From Takakia lepidozioides (lineage: Eukaryota > Plantae > Bryophyta), in the NCBI GenBank assembly GCA_030704615.1, contig CM060732.1, forward strand, positions 13,082,001-13,146,000: a stretch of 64,000 nt of DNA. The letters run 5' to 3'. Positions 39,080-52,750 of the stretch are shown one piece after another. Both the position numbers and the translations under genes were made by a program. Positions within the stretch are counted from its first letter, which is position 1. The number at the start of each line of letters is the position of its first letter. The notes beneath the pieces were generated by a model. It made no database searches. It was not told the DNA's origin and worked only from the letters and a program-made list of their open reading frames with translations.

Positions 39080-40474
39080 TTGAGCAAGCTTCTGAAGAAA
39101 GATGTAGTGTTTGCATAGACAGCTGAATGTCAGCAGGCCTTTGAGGAACTTACATTGTCAGTAACAACTACACCTGTGCTGATTAACCCTCACTGGCATG
39201 TAGTATTTCATGTTCATTGTGATGCCTCAGGAGAAGCATTGGGAGCAGTGTTAGCCCAAAATGTTACAGGAAACATAGATTCACCTATGTACTATGCTAG
39301 CAGGTTGATGAACAGTGCTGAAAGGAATTATAGCACAACTAAAAGAGAAGCATTGGCAATGATTTATGCAGTCAAGAAATTCAGGCATTACTTATTGGGA
39401 AGGAAGTTCATGTTTTATGTGGATCATCAGGCTTTGATTTATCTGGTGAACAAGCCTTTGATAAGTGGCAGGATAGCAAGATGGTTAATAATCTTGCACG
39501 AGTTTGAGTTCGAAGTTGTTTACAAGCCTGGCCGTTTGCATCTTGTGGCAGATCACTTGTCACGCCTATCAACAGGAGAGCCCGCCACGGGAGTAGATGA
39601 CCAACTACCTGATGCGAGTTTATTTGCAGTAGAGGTGCAGGGAAGTGCAGATGATTGGTTAGATTGGCAGTGGCCAATCAGATATTACCTTACTCATGGT
39701 CAGTGCCCACCTAGTTATGGGAAGGAGCAGAGGAAGAGAATAGCTATCAAGGCTTTACCCTACACTATGATAGGTAGCAGATTGTATAAGCTAGGACCTG
39801 ATGGAGTTCTTAAACGATGCTTGTACCATCATGAAGTAAATAAAGTCTTGGAAGAAATTCATAAATGAGTGGCTGGAGGTCATTTTGGAGAGGAGACTAC
39901 CAGCAGAAAAATATTACTTGCAGGTTACTGGTGGCCTACTATGTTCAAAGATGTGCATAAGTATTGCAAGAGTTGTGATGAGTGTCAGAGGCTAGGACCT
40001 TTGCAAAGATCTGGGAAGATGGCTTTGCATCCTATGATGCCTACTGAACCATTCCAGAAATGGGGACTAGACTTTGTTGGACCAATAAACCCACCAGCCA
40101 GAAATACACAGAACAAGTATATAATCACAGCCACTGATTATACTACAAAGTGGGTGGAAGCTAAAGCTCTGAGGGACAACACAGCTAAGTCTACAGCAAG
40201 GTTTCTGTATGAGAACATACTTACAAGATTTGGCTGTCCCCTGGAATTTATTAGTGACCAGGGAAGTCACTTCATTAGCGAGACTATAGAACTACTGACT
40301 AAAGAGTTCATGATTGTGCACAGGAAAAGTACAACCTATTACCCACAGGGTAATGGGCAGGCAGAGGCCACAAACAAAATATTATGCACTATCTTAGCTA
40401 AGATAGTCAATGCAAACAAAACAGATTGGGATACAAAGCTTCTGACAACTTTGTGGTCATACAGAACTTCATAT
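39080..40474 (+). mobile_element. Third B-family pol fragment (RT end-RNaseH-IN), nearly intact, one stop at 39866-39868
   Basis: HCDASG, YASR, VDHQAL, GGHFG, GLDFVGP, SDQGSHF, PQGNGQAE. Homologous to 32010-33205. Confidence 0.9.
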
Positions 40475-41147
40475 TGTCGTGCACATACATATCGCTACAC
40501 AACTACATTGTTGTCCAAAACCACACAACACATGTGCACACCACACACTAGTATACCACTAGTCCAACCACTAGGCTACAACTAGTCAGTCACTAGGCTG
40601 CCACTATGCTGCCCACTATGGCAGTCACTAGTCCACACAATGATAAAGAAGAAGAATACAAGCACGAGCTCACAAATCTGAAGCATAAACTCATGCATAT
40701 ATAACATCATCACTCAAATACAAGTCAAGCCAAGTGCACCCCACGCCATGGGGAATCCACACTACGGCGCCATAGCTAGGCGCGGTGAGGCTCAACTCGA
40801 GAAAGATGAGCCTCCCGCGCTTGCCGTGAAGATAACCACTCCAGGGCCTAAATCTGCCTTGACCCCTGGATTGACACTTGGGCCAATCCCAAATGTCAAT
40901 ATGTAAAAGCTAGCTATTTCCTAGCTAGTTTCACAATAGTGGTAAAATAACTTGACAGCTGTCGTGCGCATACATATCGCTACACAACTACATCGTTGTC
41001 CAAAACCACACAACACATGTGCACACCACACACTAGTATACCACTAGTCCACCACTAGTCCAGCCACTAGTCCAACCACTAGGCTACAACTAGTCAGTCA
41101 TTAGGCTACCACTATGCTGCCCACTATGGCAGTCACTAGTCCACACA
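40475..41147 (-). repeat. 3' LTR of Gypsy element C, with internal terminal direct repeats (40475-40639, 40960-41147); PPT at 41148-41160
   Basis: - strand reads AGGGGGGCGAT|TGTGTGG...GCACGACA. The end abuts the interrupted integrase of the B fragment. Confidence 0.75.
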
Positions 41148-41406
41148 ATCGCCCCCCTAGCTGGTGCTTAGGTCCCTCTAAGTCCAGGTAGCCACAAGAT
41201 GTGATAGTGACCATAGCCTCACTAAGTCCTCCACCACTATCCCTACTACACTCAAACTCGATAGATCAAGAGGCCGGTGCAAGAGTTGCCCCATCGTTAG
41301 TCACCGTCTTGCAACCTGTGAACTTGAGCTTGGGATCTCATGTATTGACTCCTATGAGCTTGGCCTCCCATGTCTTGTTAGCTGCCTCCAGTCATGTCCA
41401 CTGCCA

Positions 41407-43885
41407 CTATCCCAAGCAGTGTGGACACAACCTATCTCCGTCAGGAACCGTCTCAAGAGGTGGTGTCAAGCATCCCATATGCCAACCCCTTGAGCATCGA
41501 TCACACACCAACATGGTGGCTGCCCCTTTGGCAGACCCACAGAGCATGCACCTCAAACCTGTAGGTACCACTGCCAAGTTTGGGTCAATTCTGCCATTGA
41601 CATTGGGAAGGTGACATGGCGCACAATTACGCACATGGTCCTTCCAAGTCATGCCATCCGACCCTCCAAGATCAGGACCCCTGAGGGCAACACCTCTCGA
41701 ACCCTCAGAATAACACGCCATGCAGTAACATCCAGAGTCGTAGGAGTAGTCTGCTGCAAATAAACATAGTCACCAGGGCTAAACCTCCGAACCCCAGGAC
41801 GATATCCTCCACCACGTATAGTGGCATACTCAACGTATCACGGTGTTGTGCAATGGCAAGGTTCTCAAAAGCCATGGGCATGACTTTCTTGAACAACTCT
41901 GCACGCTGATCACATGCACGTACCCACACGTCCGGATCGTCAAGGTAAGGACTTGAGCAGTGTCCCTACGAATGGCTGCAGGCAAATCCGGCTCTCAGCC
42001 AAAGAGAAAGAAATATGGTGAGAAGGAGGCAAGTGATGCTTGTTTGCTGAACCTGTAGCCCATGGCTAACCAAGGAACCTGAAGATCCCAATCTCCTAGG
42101 TGTCCCTTCTGCAAGCCATACTTGCGCAAACCCCTCTTTACCGTCTGAACAACTCTCTCTGCTAAGCCATCGGCCTCAGGATGATCCCGAGAAGTGGTGC
42201 GGTGGTCTATCAAGGCTTTATCACACAAAGCCTGAAACTCCCCAAGAACTCTCTCCCTTGGTCCGTGAGTACCTCAGCTGGAGCACCAAATCGGCTAAGC
42301 ACACGATCCAAGAATGCATACGCAGCCCCCTCACTAGCCTTGTCAGGCAATGGAACCAACTCAATCCACTTGGAGAAGTGCTCCACCATCACCAACATAT
42401 TTGTGGTGGCGCATAGTCAGTGGCAACAGTCTTGCGAAGTCAAGACTCCACCTGTAGCCCAATCCCATGATTGGTAAAAGATGCAACTATGGTGTAGGGA
42501 TGTTGAATGAAGCACGCACCCTGTCACACACCATGCACCTAGCCACGAACTGTTGCACCTCTGTATGCATACCACGCCACCAATACTGCCCTTGCAGTAA
42601 ACTGTGAGTGCGTCGCACTCCAAAATGCCCCAACTCCTCATGGGCATGCCGCACTAACCGTGCACGCTGTGTGGGGTGAGGCACAATCCTCACCCGACCA
42701 TCCTCCCACACTCAAAGTAGGTGTATCCCCTCCCACTTGAACCTCTTGGCTCGTTGCAGGATCCGATCCCTCTCCCTGGCAGTCACAGTGGCTGTCGTGT
42801 CTCCCGTGCGGAGGTAGTCCAACACAGCCGAATCCTCATGTATATCTCTGGCACCACCTGGCTCATCACTAGCCTCAGGGTCCTCAGACACTTTGTCTAC
42901 AGTCATCCCTGTTGTAGGTCCAACCTGACCTCTCGATGCCAAGATACACAAAAATGCAGATGCGTGCCATCCCGACACCATCTCCTCGTCCATCTTACCA
43001 TGCCACCAAGCTCCAATGTCATCCTGCTGGCTCATGCATGGATTGCAACTCAATCCATCCGCATCCCGATTGACCAAACCCGGTCGATGCACAACCTGAA
43101 AGTCATACTCTTGGAGTATGAGTGCCCACCATGCAAGCTTCCCCGTAAGCTTGTCTGACTCCATCAACCACTTGAGTGGCTGGTGATCCGTGACAAGGGT
43201 GAAAAGATTGCCGTATAGATAGCACCTGAAGTGTGCCACGGCCCACACTGCAGCTAAGCACTCTCCCTCATATGAGCTGTACTTAGCCTCTGCAGTGTTG
43301 TTCGAGCGGCTAGCATAAGCCACTACAAACTCTCTTCCCTCATCATCCACCTGTGTGAGCACCGCTCCAAGCCCCAGCATGCTCCAATCCGTATGCAGCT
43401 AAAAGGGACGCCCCCTGATAGGTCGTCTCAGGATAGGCGCCGAAGTCAACCTCGCCTTGAGCTCTTGAAAAGCTCGTTCCTGCTCATCTTCCCACTTCCA
43501 CTCCTGGTCCACCTTGGTCAGCTTGGTTAGAGCCTTTGCAATGGTACTAAATCCCTTGACAAACCGTCTATAATAGTTTGCCAACCCCATGAAAGCTCGA
43601 ACTCAGCTCACATCCGTGGGCCGTGGAATTTGTGCAATGGCCTCTACCTTAGTCTACTGTACTCCCAATCCTCCAGGATATATCATGTGACCCAGATACT
43701 CAATCTGGTTGTGGAAAAACTTGCACTTCCCCGGATGCAACTTCAATCCGTGCGCTCTCAAGCGCTCCAATACCACCTGAAGGTATCTCTCATGCTCCTC
43801 CATCGTAACACTAAAGATGATGATGTCATCTATGTAGCACTAAGCAAAGTCCACCCCTGCTAGAATCCTATCCATAACTCTCTAT
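41407..43885 (-). pseudogene. Gypsy element C pol (RT 3' part, RNaseH, IN) with C-terminal PHD finger; 5' truncated
   Basis: YIDD near 43825, VAYASRSN, TDHQPL, GHFG, TDQG, HPEADGLAER, then CMLC...CDRC..GWHMGCL....P.G..LCPHC. Confidence 0.85.
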
Positions 43886-43887
43886 AA

Positions 43888-44064
43888 CTATGTCGAATAC
43901 ACCTCAGCAGAATCCGATGATGACGTCCATGGTTCGGATGAATGTAATACCGTGTGCTCCTCCGGATACACCCCGGACTCCCTTAGGTACACTTCGGATT
44001 CTCCCAGCCACACTCCGGACTTTCCCGATACGTCTCGGGCTCACCCGATTTTATTTTATTTTAT

Positions 44065-44101
<37 letters not shown>

Positions 44102-44865
44102 GAGCAGGAGCGCAACCGCTGCTCGGCTGTCAGCCGAGCAGCGAGGAGGGTTTTTCTTTAATTCTCTCTCTCCTTCCCTTGAGCAGCAGCGCGCGGTTGC
44201 GCGGCTCCCCACTGCTCGGTTGAATAGCAACTCTCCCTCTCCCCCCCCCCCCCCCCCCCTCCAAATCCTGAGGGGCAGATCTCCTCTAATCTTTGGAGGC
44301 CTACTTCAGAGGCCTAGTTTATTGTTATGAGTGTTTGGAATGTTTCAATACTAAGGCGGGGCTTGCATGATTATACAAATTGATTTGTTTAAGAAAAATT
44401 GATGATATTGTTGTTATTATAGGTGAGTGAGGTACTACCCATGAGCGTGAAAGAAAACGAAGAAGGGGACACATGGTCATCATCTCCTCATTCCCCACCT
44501 CTGCAGGTAAATTCACCAAGTTCCTTATCATTTTTGATGTAATCTACTTTAATTGTTTGTAAAAATGGCGAGTTATATATATAAATAATGAAATAGTATT
44601 AATGAAATGATTTAAAATTAAATAATATTCTCATTTATTTTGTTATTGTACTTCAAGCTTAGGTGGATGACTATGTCGAATACACCTCAGCAGAATCCGA
44701 GGATGACATCCATGATTCGGATGAATGTCATACTTTGTGCTTCCCCGGATATACCCTGGACTCCCATAAGTACATGTTGGACTCCCTCGGCCACTCTCCC
44801 GGGTACATCCCGGGCTCCCCGACCTACACCCTGAGCTCCCCTAGCTACATCCGGGGGCCGGGGCT
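43888..44865 (+). repeat. Direct repeat pair (~43888-44045 and ~44670-44830) flanking (CT)n and poly-C tracts; unclassified repeat
   Basis: Both copies begin ACTATGTCGAATACACCTCAGCAGAATCCGA.GATGAC.TCCATG.TTCGGATGAATGT. Confidence 0.65.
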
Positions 44866-46821
44866 AGTCTCAATTCTTAAGAAAATAAAATAAGAAAATA
44901 AAAAACAAATACACTAGCTATGGTGTTCCTGATATTAATTAAAAACAATTTAAAAAGGAATTATTTCTTTAAAAAAAATTGAACACCCTAATGACTGACA
45001 CTGTCAACTTTAGACAGTTCAGATTTTTTGGCATGGATGACTCCAATGACTGTATATTTTTCGTAATTATTAAATAAAAAATTATTGCCAACATTGGGAC
45101 TTCTTGGGAATCCACCTTTGGACTTTTTTGGGACACCGTAGCTTGCTTTCACCCATCACTCTGAAGGATCAGACCTTCTTAATTGACCTACGAGTGACAC
45201 TCCATTTGAGCAACGATGACCACATCCACTTGAGCAGCCTCTAGTTGAATTTTTCATGTCCAGAATGTGGGTGCTAATTTTGGGTTTATTGTTTGTGGTC
45301 CCAAAAACAACGTGGAAATTGGAGTATTTTGTTAAATATATAGTTCGTAAAGCAAAAATATCCATAAATATCAATGGGTACATTTGCATCCACGGGCATG
45401 AATTGAATACTCTAAATATGTTTTAATCAAAGCTAAGGATTATATATTTATCTGTCAGAATGCACTGCAATATCTGAATTACATACTGCGAAAGAATAGT
45501 ATGGATGTAAGTCAAATGCTAAAATATCCACATAGCTTGGATCCCAAAACATACGTTACAACGCTTAATATGTTATCCGGATGAAAATAATGGAAATTTG
45601 AAGACAGTTTATAATAGCCAAGAGACTCCTCTCTATGCCTAATAAATGTGACACCAGCGAGAACAAAGCTTATAGCACCACTCCTTACTATTTTCTATCG
45701 CATAGCGAAACAGGAAGTCCTTTCAGAATCAAGAGAGTAATGAGTGTCCATTATATAAAAAACTTCATAATGTTCTTGCCTAACATGTGGAATTTAATCT
45801 CGCTTTGCTTAATGTGTTGGAAAGTTGCCAAATGGCAAATAGTCTCTCCAGGTAACATACAAGTGCGAGATCCCATCATATTTGTACAGGTTTTTGTTTG
45901 TTTTTGTTTTTTGCATTTCCATGTGGTAGAGGTGTAGCCTCAACAAAGTGAGGTGGGGTGATAAAAGTTCCTTGCCATTTCAGTATGTATATATGCACTT
46001 AAGGGTTTAAAATTATGAAATCTATAGGTCATAAATTCATATAAGCAATATTTAATGTTTATTCAAAAAATTCACTGCAATATATAAACTTCATTGGATA
46101 TTTCAACAATGTTCTTTGGAAACAAAAATATCCCAAATAAAGTCTTTCCAGGCCACAAATTTCCCCTCAGGCTGTTTTGCTTTTATTTTATTTTATTTTT
46201 AAAGAACAAAAACAAAAAAAACAGTAGGGATATGCTAGGAGAATTTTTTGAAATAGAACAACTCCAAGATTATATGCATATTGGTAAGGTCAGTGTTTTT
46301 TTTTTCATTTTCCCAAATCGCTGAGGGGCCACATGCAAATTTTAACAAGCACCCATGTGTCGAGAATAACGAGGTCATAGGTGGCATGGCTGGAAAAGTG
46401 GCAATATAAGAGGTGGACGTCTTAACAGATCCACGTAGGCAAACTCAAGCGCCTGATATTCAACTGCTGGCTCCTTCTGGCAAATTTTCTGATTTTTACC
46501 AGTGTTGTACTAGTTGGAATTTTAAAATACCAGCCAGGTCCGGGTCTTGAGGGGGCTCAAATTTTTAACACTGGTATAATCCTAGGTATTGAAGAACAAG
46601 GTTTTCACAAATAAAATACTGGTACATGTATTGTTGTTTTGAGAAATTGGAATATGGTATCAATAGCAGGATATGGCATTATGTACTACCATGCATATAT
46701 CAACCCGGATATATATATATATATATATTTTTTTTTGCAACATACAGTACAGGCCCAATTCGATGTAAACTTCAGAGTTTTCAAAGTATATAGATGCAAC
46801 ATTATACATGATCAGACTTAA

Positions 46822-47521
46822 CCCCTAAAGGACGATGTGACCCATTTCGGGTCGCCCTGTTTTTTCACTTGGTTGTAACATGGTCTGGATGGTATTTGAA
46901 GGATGTGGGCCCCAAAGCAAAGTTATACCTTAAATTGACAGCTATTGAATGCACCAAATCCCCTGCCATTTGGATTACTAGAACGTCCCCTAGAATTTTG
47001 GACATGTGTGAAAAGTGCATATTTTGTATGGTGTTCAAGTTTTGAGGGTGTTGACTACATGACGTGGACCAATGAGCGCTTGGGATCAGGACACATGGAC
47101 AATTCACTCTATGCTACATCCCCCAAGCCAAACTTGGAAATTTCAAGTGTGAATTAGTGGATTTTTTTTGTATTCCTACTTGGCATCTACTCACCGTCGA
47201 AATTTTGCTTTTCATGCAAAATTTCTGCTGCTCGTTGCATTCAAGCAAAAGTCTTGTTCTTTTTACCCATGGGTACCCCTAAGCAGTTACATACAAACGG
47301 GCATTAATGAAAATAGATCATTACATGCTAAAATTTGGACACAATATCCTGCACTTTTGGTAGGCAACAATTGGTCAAAAGGGAACCTATATGATGTAGT
47401 TACTGATAACATTGTACGGTTCATCCACATAGATGAACTCTGGCAACAACATACATCCACTTTTGTTAGGCCATATCAAGTTTTTCTCAAAAATCGCAAA
47501 AAAGCTCTCTTCCTTTAGGGG
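46822..47521. mobile_element. piggyBac MITE family 1
   Basis: TTAA|CCCCTAAAGGA ... TCCTTTAGGGG|TTAA: perfect 11 bp TIRs and TTAA target duplication. Confidence 0.9.
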
Positions 47522-47525
47522 TTAA

Positions 47526-48159
47526 CCCGTAAACGCCCACTGGATAAGTTTGACTTTTCCCAAAATCATTACCCCTGGACTGAAAAAACCCTGTAATTTC
47601 CAGGGAAAAAGGGATTTTGGGAAATTTGACCGGAAATTATCTTCCTAACTACACACCTGCCAAATTCCAGGCCAATCGGATGGAAATCAGAAAAACGCCA
47701 TCGTTGCATGTGGGGTGCATTTCTTGGGGCAAAAAAAATAAAAATAAAATTGCAAGTGGTTTTCCTGAAATTTGGATGATGGGATGGAACTCGATTGGGC
47801 TGATGCATCTCACTGGTCATCCCCACCACATCCTACATCCAACAAGCCAAAAAGTGCTCAAATTGGCCAAGTGTACATCTGCCGGTGGTTGGTCAAAGCA
47901 GGGGTGTCAGACCACCTGCAAACGTGGGGGAACAACCACAACGCGGAATCTCCAAGCTTCGCCACATACCCCCCTCCAGAAAAATCGCAATTGCAACTAG
48001 CTAATCAGGAATTAGGGCTATCAGGGTTCCCATCTGCAAACTAGACGATGGGAGAAAATCCACGGCCCTGATTTTTCAAAATTTGATCGAGATTTGAAAA
48101 AGTTATGGCTCCTGAAAAATCTTTCGAGGCCCAGTTTCGGCCTCGCGGGCGTTTAAGGG
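47526..48159. mobile_element. piggyBac MITE family 2, sharing the TTAA with family 1
   Basis: TTAA|CCCGTAAACGCCC ... GGGCGTTTAAGGG|TTAA (12/13 TIR match). Confidence 0.85.
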
Positions 48160-49199
48160 TTAAATCGCAAGAGTACACATCACAACTGAATCACAAGATC
48201 ACACAACAAAGATGAATGCAACTAAATCAGCATTGAATCACCACAGTCTCAAGATTTATAGATTGTCCTGTAAGAATAATGTGATTATGTATGAAGCAAA
48301 ACCCTACCCACGATTGAACTGAAAAAATGGGGCTATCCTTCTCTTGCATACTGTATTGAGCTTTCAGTTCTAGACAGTTCTGAATATGAGCCGCGTGGGG
48401 TGGGCTCCCGTATTAGGGTAGTACTGATATGGACTAGGTTGACTGGCCGTTGCAGCCGAGGTGCAAGCAGGAGGTTAGTTTCGGCATCTTCATTGACACC
48501 AACTAATTCACTCCTTTTGGCATCGATGCATCACAAAATTCAAGGACAACCTTGAGCACTCATGTTGGTAGTTTCAGCTCCTTTGAACCAGGTAATCAAG
48601 GCATATATCAAATCCTAAAACACTTGATGCTCCCAGTTGCACTGGTGAGAACAGTAGTTAATTCAGATCTCGCTGCAAGAACAAGGCCCATGTCTTTGAA
48701 GTGGCATTCCAGCAATCGCCTTAAATCGGATTTCACTGCTGGGGCATAAGATGGCTGGCTGATGAACAGGAGACTGCGGAGAAATCCCACCATAGCTGCT
48801 GCCATGCACGTTCTCTCTAAAGAAGGCAAGTGATATAGTGCTTCAAAATCAACCTATCACCCCATGGACAGAACGGAAGTCAGGGAAACTTTGACTGAAT
48901 TTGATGGGTTGGGTTCTTTGTTGGTGCGACGTGCGTGGAAGAAAATTTTAGGTGCCTTTACTCTCGAGTATGGCGAAAAAAAAGGCTTCAAATATGTGTG
49001 ACACATATATCAATCGGCAAATCATTTGGACCCCTCTCCATTTCTCTGGGTTTGAGCTTATCTCTCTGGCTGGTCACAGCATATGCTCACCTCAAAAGGG
49101 TTGATGCACTTGGAGGATGCATTCAAGGCCACCAGCTCCTCCACAACATCCCATACTTTCAAATCTTCACACAGCAACTGACGAGATGGTCATGTATCA

Positions 49200-52100
49200 C
49201 TAAGAGGACTCCAAATGAGAACCCATAGCCACCACAATTTTGTCTTGATAGAGCACTAGTCAACTTCTCTATTGCAAAGGGTTAGCTTTGTATGCAAGAA
49301 GCTTACCGCGGTCTTTCCAATCCCTGATTGACTGTAGTAACAGTGGCGAGTCAAGGTGGAAACCAGGAGCCAAGTTTTGAAAATCCTGGGAGCGCAACTG
49401 CAACCATGCGTGCACAAATTAGTAAGAAACTCTTGGAGAATTCTTGAGCAGCCTGGCATTTAATAAATTTATGCTTAGTTCACCGAAGTGGTATTCCAGA
49501 TGGAACAATGGAGGTTAAATAGTCCGAAATATGATGCACTTTAAAACACGATTTTGAATGTACTGGTCACTATACCCTGTTAACCCCCTAAGTAATGCAT
49601 GGGAAACCACACTGTCCGAGAGGATAGTACGCCCATCAGGTCCTCAACCGTTTCTCATTTTGAAATTTGTGCAACTCGTTCTATCAACTCCGATGCTGTG
49701 GTATTGGGGTATTGGCATAAAAGTTGTTGGCTCCCTCTGAAATTTCAATTTGCACAGCAAAACAATCCACGAGTCCTGATTGCGAGAACAATGCCACAAT
49801 ATTGTGGTGTCTACGACGAGTTCTTCCAATCAAAACTCCATCTATGTCAAAACCATCATGATATTTATACGGCTGAATCATCCCATTGCCAAACAAGAGT
49901 GAAATCACATACAAGCATATTGGAGAGTAATCAACATGAGGACTCTTTAGGTGCTTCCATACCCAAACGTAAGGCCATTTGTAGCGCGCATAAACCCCTA
50001 TCAAAAACAACGATTCCCCTGAACACGTCTGCAGGCAACGTTGCAATTAGGTGCTTGGCTACCGGTCTTTGACTTAGCAAGGTCTAGCCTTTAACTTCTT
50101 TTGTTTGTTCCCTCACTCTCCCTCGCAGATTCAAAATGCTCTGTCCAAAGCCTGGCAGCGAGGTCGTGCCTTCAAGCAGCCTCATGACAACATCTAGAGA
50201 TATCTTATCTTCCTCACTTCTGTTCTATGGATCCATGAAATGCCAGAAGGTGGGCACACGAGTACATGCAGGCTCTCTGACTCTCTCCTGGCAAACAACG
50301 TTGTGTGATTAAATGCTGTCTCTCCTCACTAAATAGCTCTCAAATTCGGATATATATAAGTAGGCTCGACACACCTGTTTAGACTCAGATGTAGCTGGGC
50401 TGGCGGGTGGCAGTGGCACCCGGCTTTCTTTATTGTAGTAGTTGCTCCACACCTTGCCATCTGCCCTGAAAATATATATATCACACTATCCCTTCAACTA
50501 CAGCCTCTTTGACATGTTTTAGGCAGCCAAGCTTACTACTCGGCAGCTGCCACACATTCGTCATTTTCATGATGCCAATTGATCCCTCTCTTTTCCATTG
50601 ATAGAAGTTTGAAGAAAGAACTTGCAACTCTACTCAACATGTCTAATGCGCTCGGAATGCACTGTAAAGCTGCTGAATGACAGTGGTCGTCAAACCTGCC
50701 AGTGGAGGTTGGTGCCTCACTGCCTTTCGAATTGATAACATCGATATTCTTCACATTGACCAAAAGCTCCTCGCGTCCTCTTAAATATAGAGAGAAATGG
50801 CGAAACACCTGTGTCGTCCAACACGGTTCTCCGTTCTATAGAATCTTAAGCTGCCCCGTATATATAGAGCCCACCCCTGAAAGAGGGAAGTACCCGCAAG
50901 GGCGCAAGGGGAAAGAGGGCTCTTATTTACGCTAACTTCGGTTGGCGTCGTCTCTCTCTCTCTAAACTGCCCTTCCTCACTCTTGCCACAAAATTGTGTG
51001 CTTCAAATGAAACATTCTCTCTCGCCCACGAGCTGTCTTTCGGTGCTACTGATAGTGAAACCACAGCCACACTGTAAGCTGGTAGAGGCTGCGCATCAAT
51101 TGATGCCGAATATCAACATCAGGCTTCCTCTAGTACGATGTGTTAACGCCAGCCTTAAATCAACTCTGGTTTTTCTGTCATCTGAATATTGCTGTAGGCT
51201 GAGTCTTCGGGCTGAACTCGGATGTGCTAAAAGCCCACAAATCGTTTGTCGGGAGGGTTATACTTAGCCCGCGGGGATTGTGCGCTTGAGCAAGGTTATG
51301 AAGAGGTTTCCAAGCGAAATGTTACTCGAGAATACACTGACACTCCCTCCTGTGACATCATATCCAGTCCGTTCTTCTGCCTTAATTTACTAAACAGTCG
51401 TTGACCAGTTATCGACCTATCGGAGGAAGGACCATGTTGGCCTGTCCTAGGCTACCCTGCATCAGCTACCGATCCTTTTATGAATGTCTTAATGTCTGAT
51501 ACTGGTGGTTGTCTGTCGGCCTGGACAACAAATGTCCACCGAAAGGTTTTCGAGGCTATTGGCCGGGAGGTCTTCCAAAACTTGTGTTCTACTTATGATG
51601 CAACTGGACCACTAGCACAATGTCAATTTTAAAGAAAGATAAAGATAGTAATCCTTCACGAGTCTTGTCTAATCGCAGATGATTAGAACTTGCTTCGTTC
51701 TTGGAGCTGAATCCCTGTATCAGACTCATGAGACTTGCTAGCAAACTTCTTTCAGTTTTCAACAGAGATATACTGCACACTGGCTGGTGTCGTACGTACC
51801 TTCAGCCAGTCCAGTCTCTAACAGATGTCACATCCCCGTTAATCTCAACAGATGCTGTGGAAATGAATAAACTTTTTCCTAACGTTGTGATCAATCCTGA
51901 AAGAAACCCTATCCCAAGAATCTCTCAAGTGTTCATCGTGGATTTTGTTCAAACTCGAGATCCGTGCATAAATTGGCAGGCATTTCATTTCAAGGCATAC
52001 CTCAACTCACCCTGAGACAACCAAAGCGCAGAATATCGCTGTAAACATCCTCCACGCAGATTTCATTCTGATGCAGCAGTCCATGAACCCCGCTCCATCC

Positions 52101-52750
52101 CCATCATACTGTCTCCTCGAACTGATTTTCTTCCCCTTGGCCAGGTTTGAGGAAAATCTAGAGTAACATGATCCTCTGTACCCCAACTTGACATCGAATA
52201 TTCTCAGTTATGAGAGAAGAAATTATGGATGAAAAGTCCATGGATCGAAATGTCACGAGAGCAGGGAGAGACCTGCAGCTCATTAAATACTACAGATTCC
52301 GTTGCTCATCACCTAATCATGTAACAGATTTTGAACGTCCTTCCTTCCTGTGCTGTCCGGAGCTCGCCAGGGGATGTTGTGCAGCTCAGATGAACGGTAA
52401 TTGGAATCGATCAATCTTAGATACGCCTCGATGCAGATACCTGGAATACTTCACGATTGCAACCTCAAGACAGCTTGTGTTTTGAGATCAAGATTGTCGA
52501 AAGCAGCTTTAACCTCTGGTTCTCCGTACGAGCATTTTCATACCATATGTTGTTGAAGGAGAAAGTGAAGATGACTAGGTACACGACTCAAAATTGTTGA
52601 TCTAAGGCACTAGTAGTAGCCCAGATAGCTAGCTACTGCAACGCTGATCGGTGCATTGACCTTCCAAGGTCCGGTGCATATTGGGGTAGACATTTAAGGC
52701 GCTAAAATACATTTCAGACGTCCTCTTTTTTCACTCCTACACTTTATGTT
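49200..52750 (-). mobile_element. Heavily decayed LINE (L1-like ORF2 remnant); boundaries approximate
   Basis: Remnants in the expected order on the - strand: LNVYPN (~52690), SKIDRF (~52410), SISLLKT...QGF...FFKID (51780-51620), QG (~51455). Confidence 0.45.

Noticed and set aside
44835-44870. Possible Helitron 3' end (GC-rich then CTAG-T)
   Set aside because: The hairpin is weak and no 5' TC end was identified.
46291-46573. CAGTGTT...AACACTG hAT-like MITE
   Set aside because: No target site duplication found and the left end is ambiguous.
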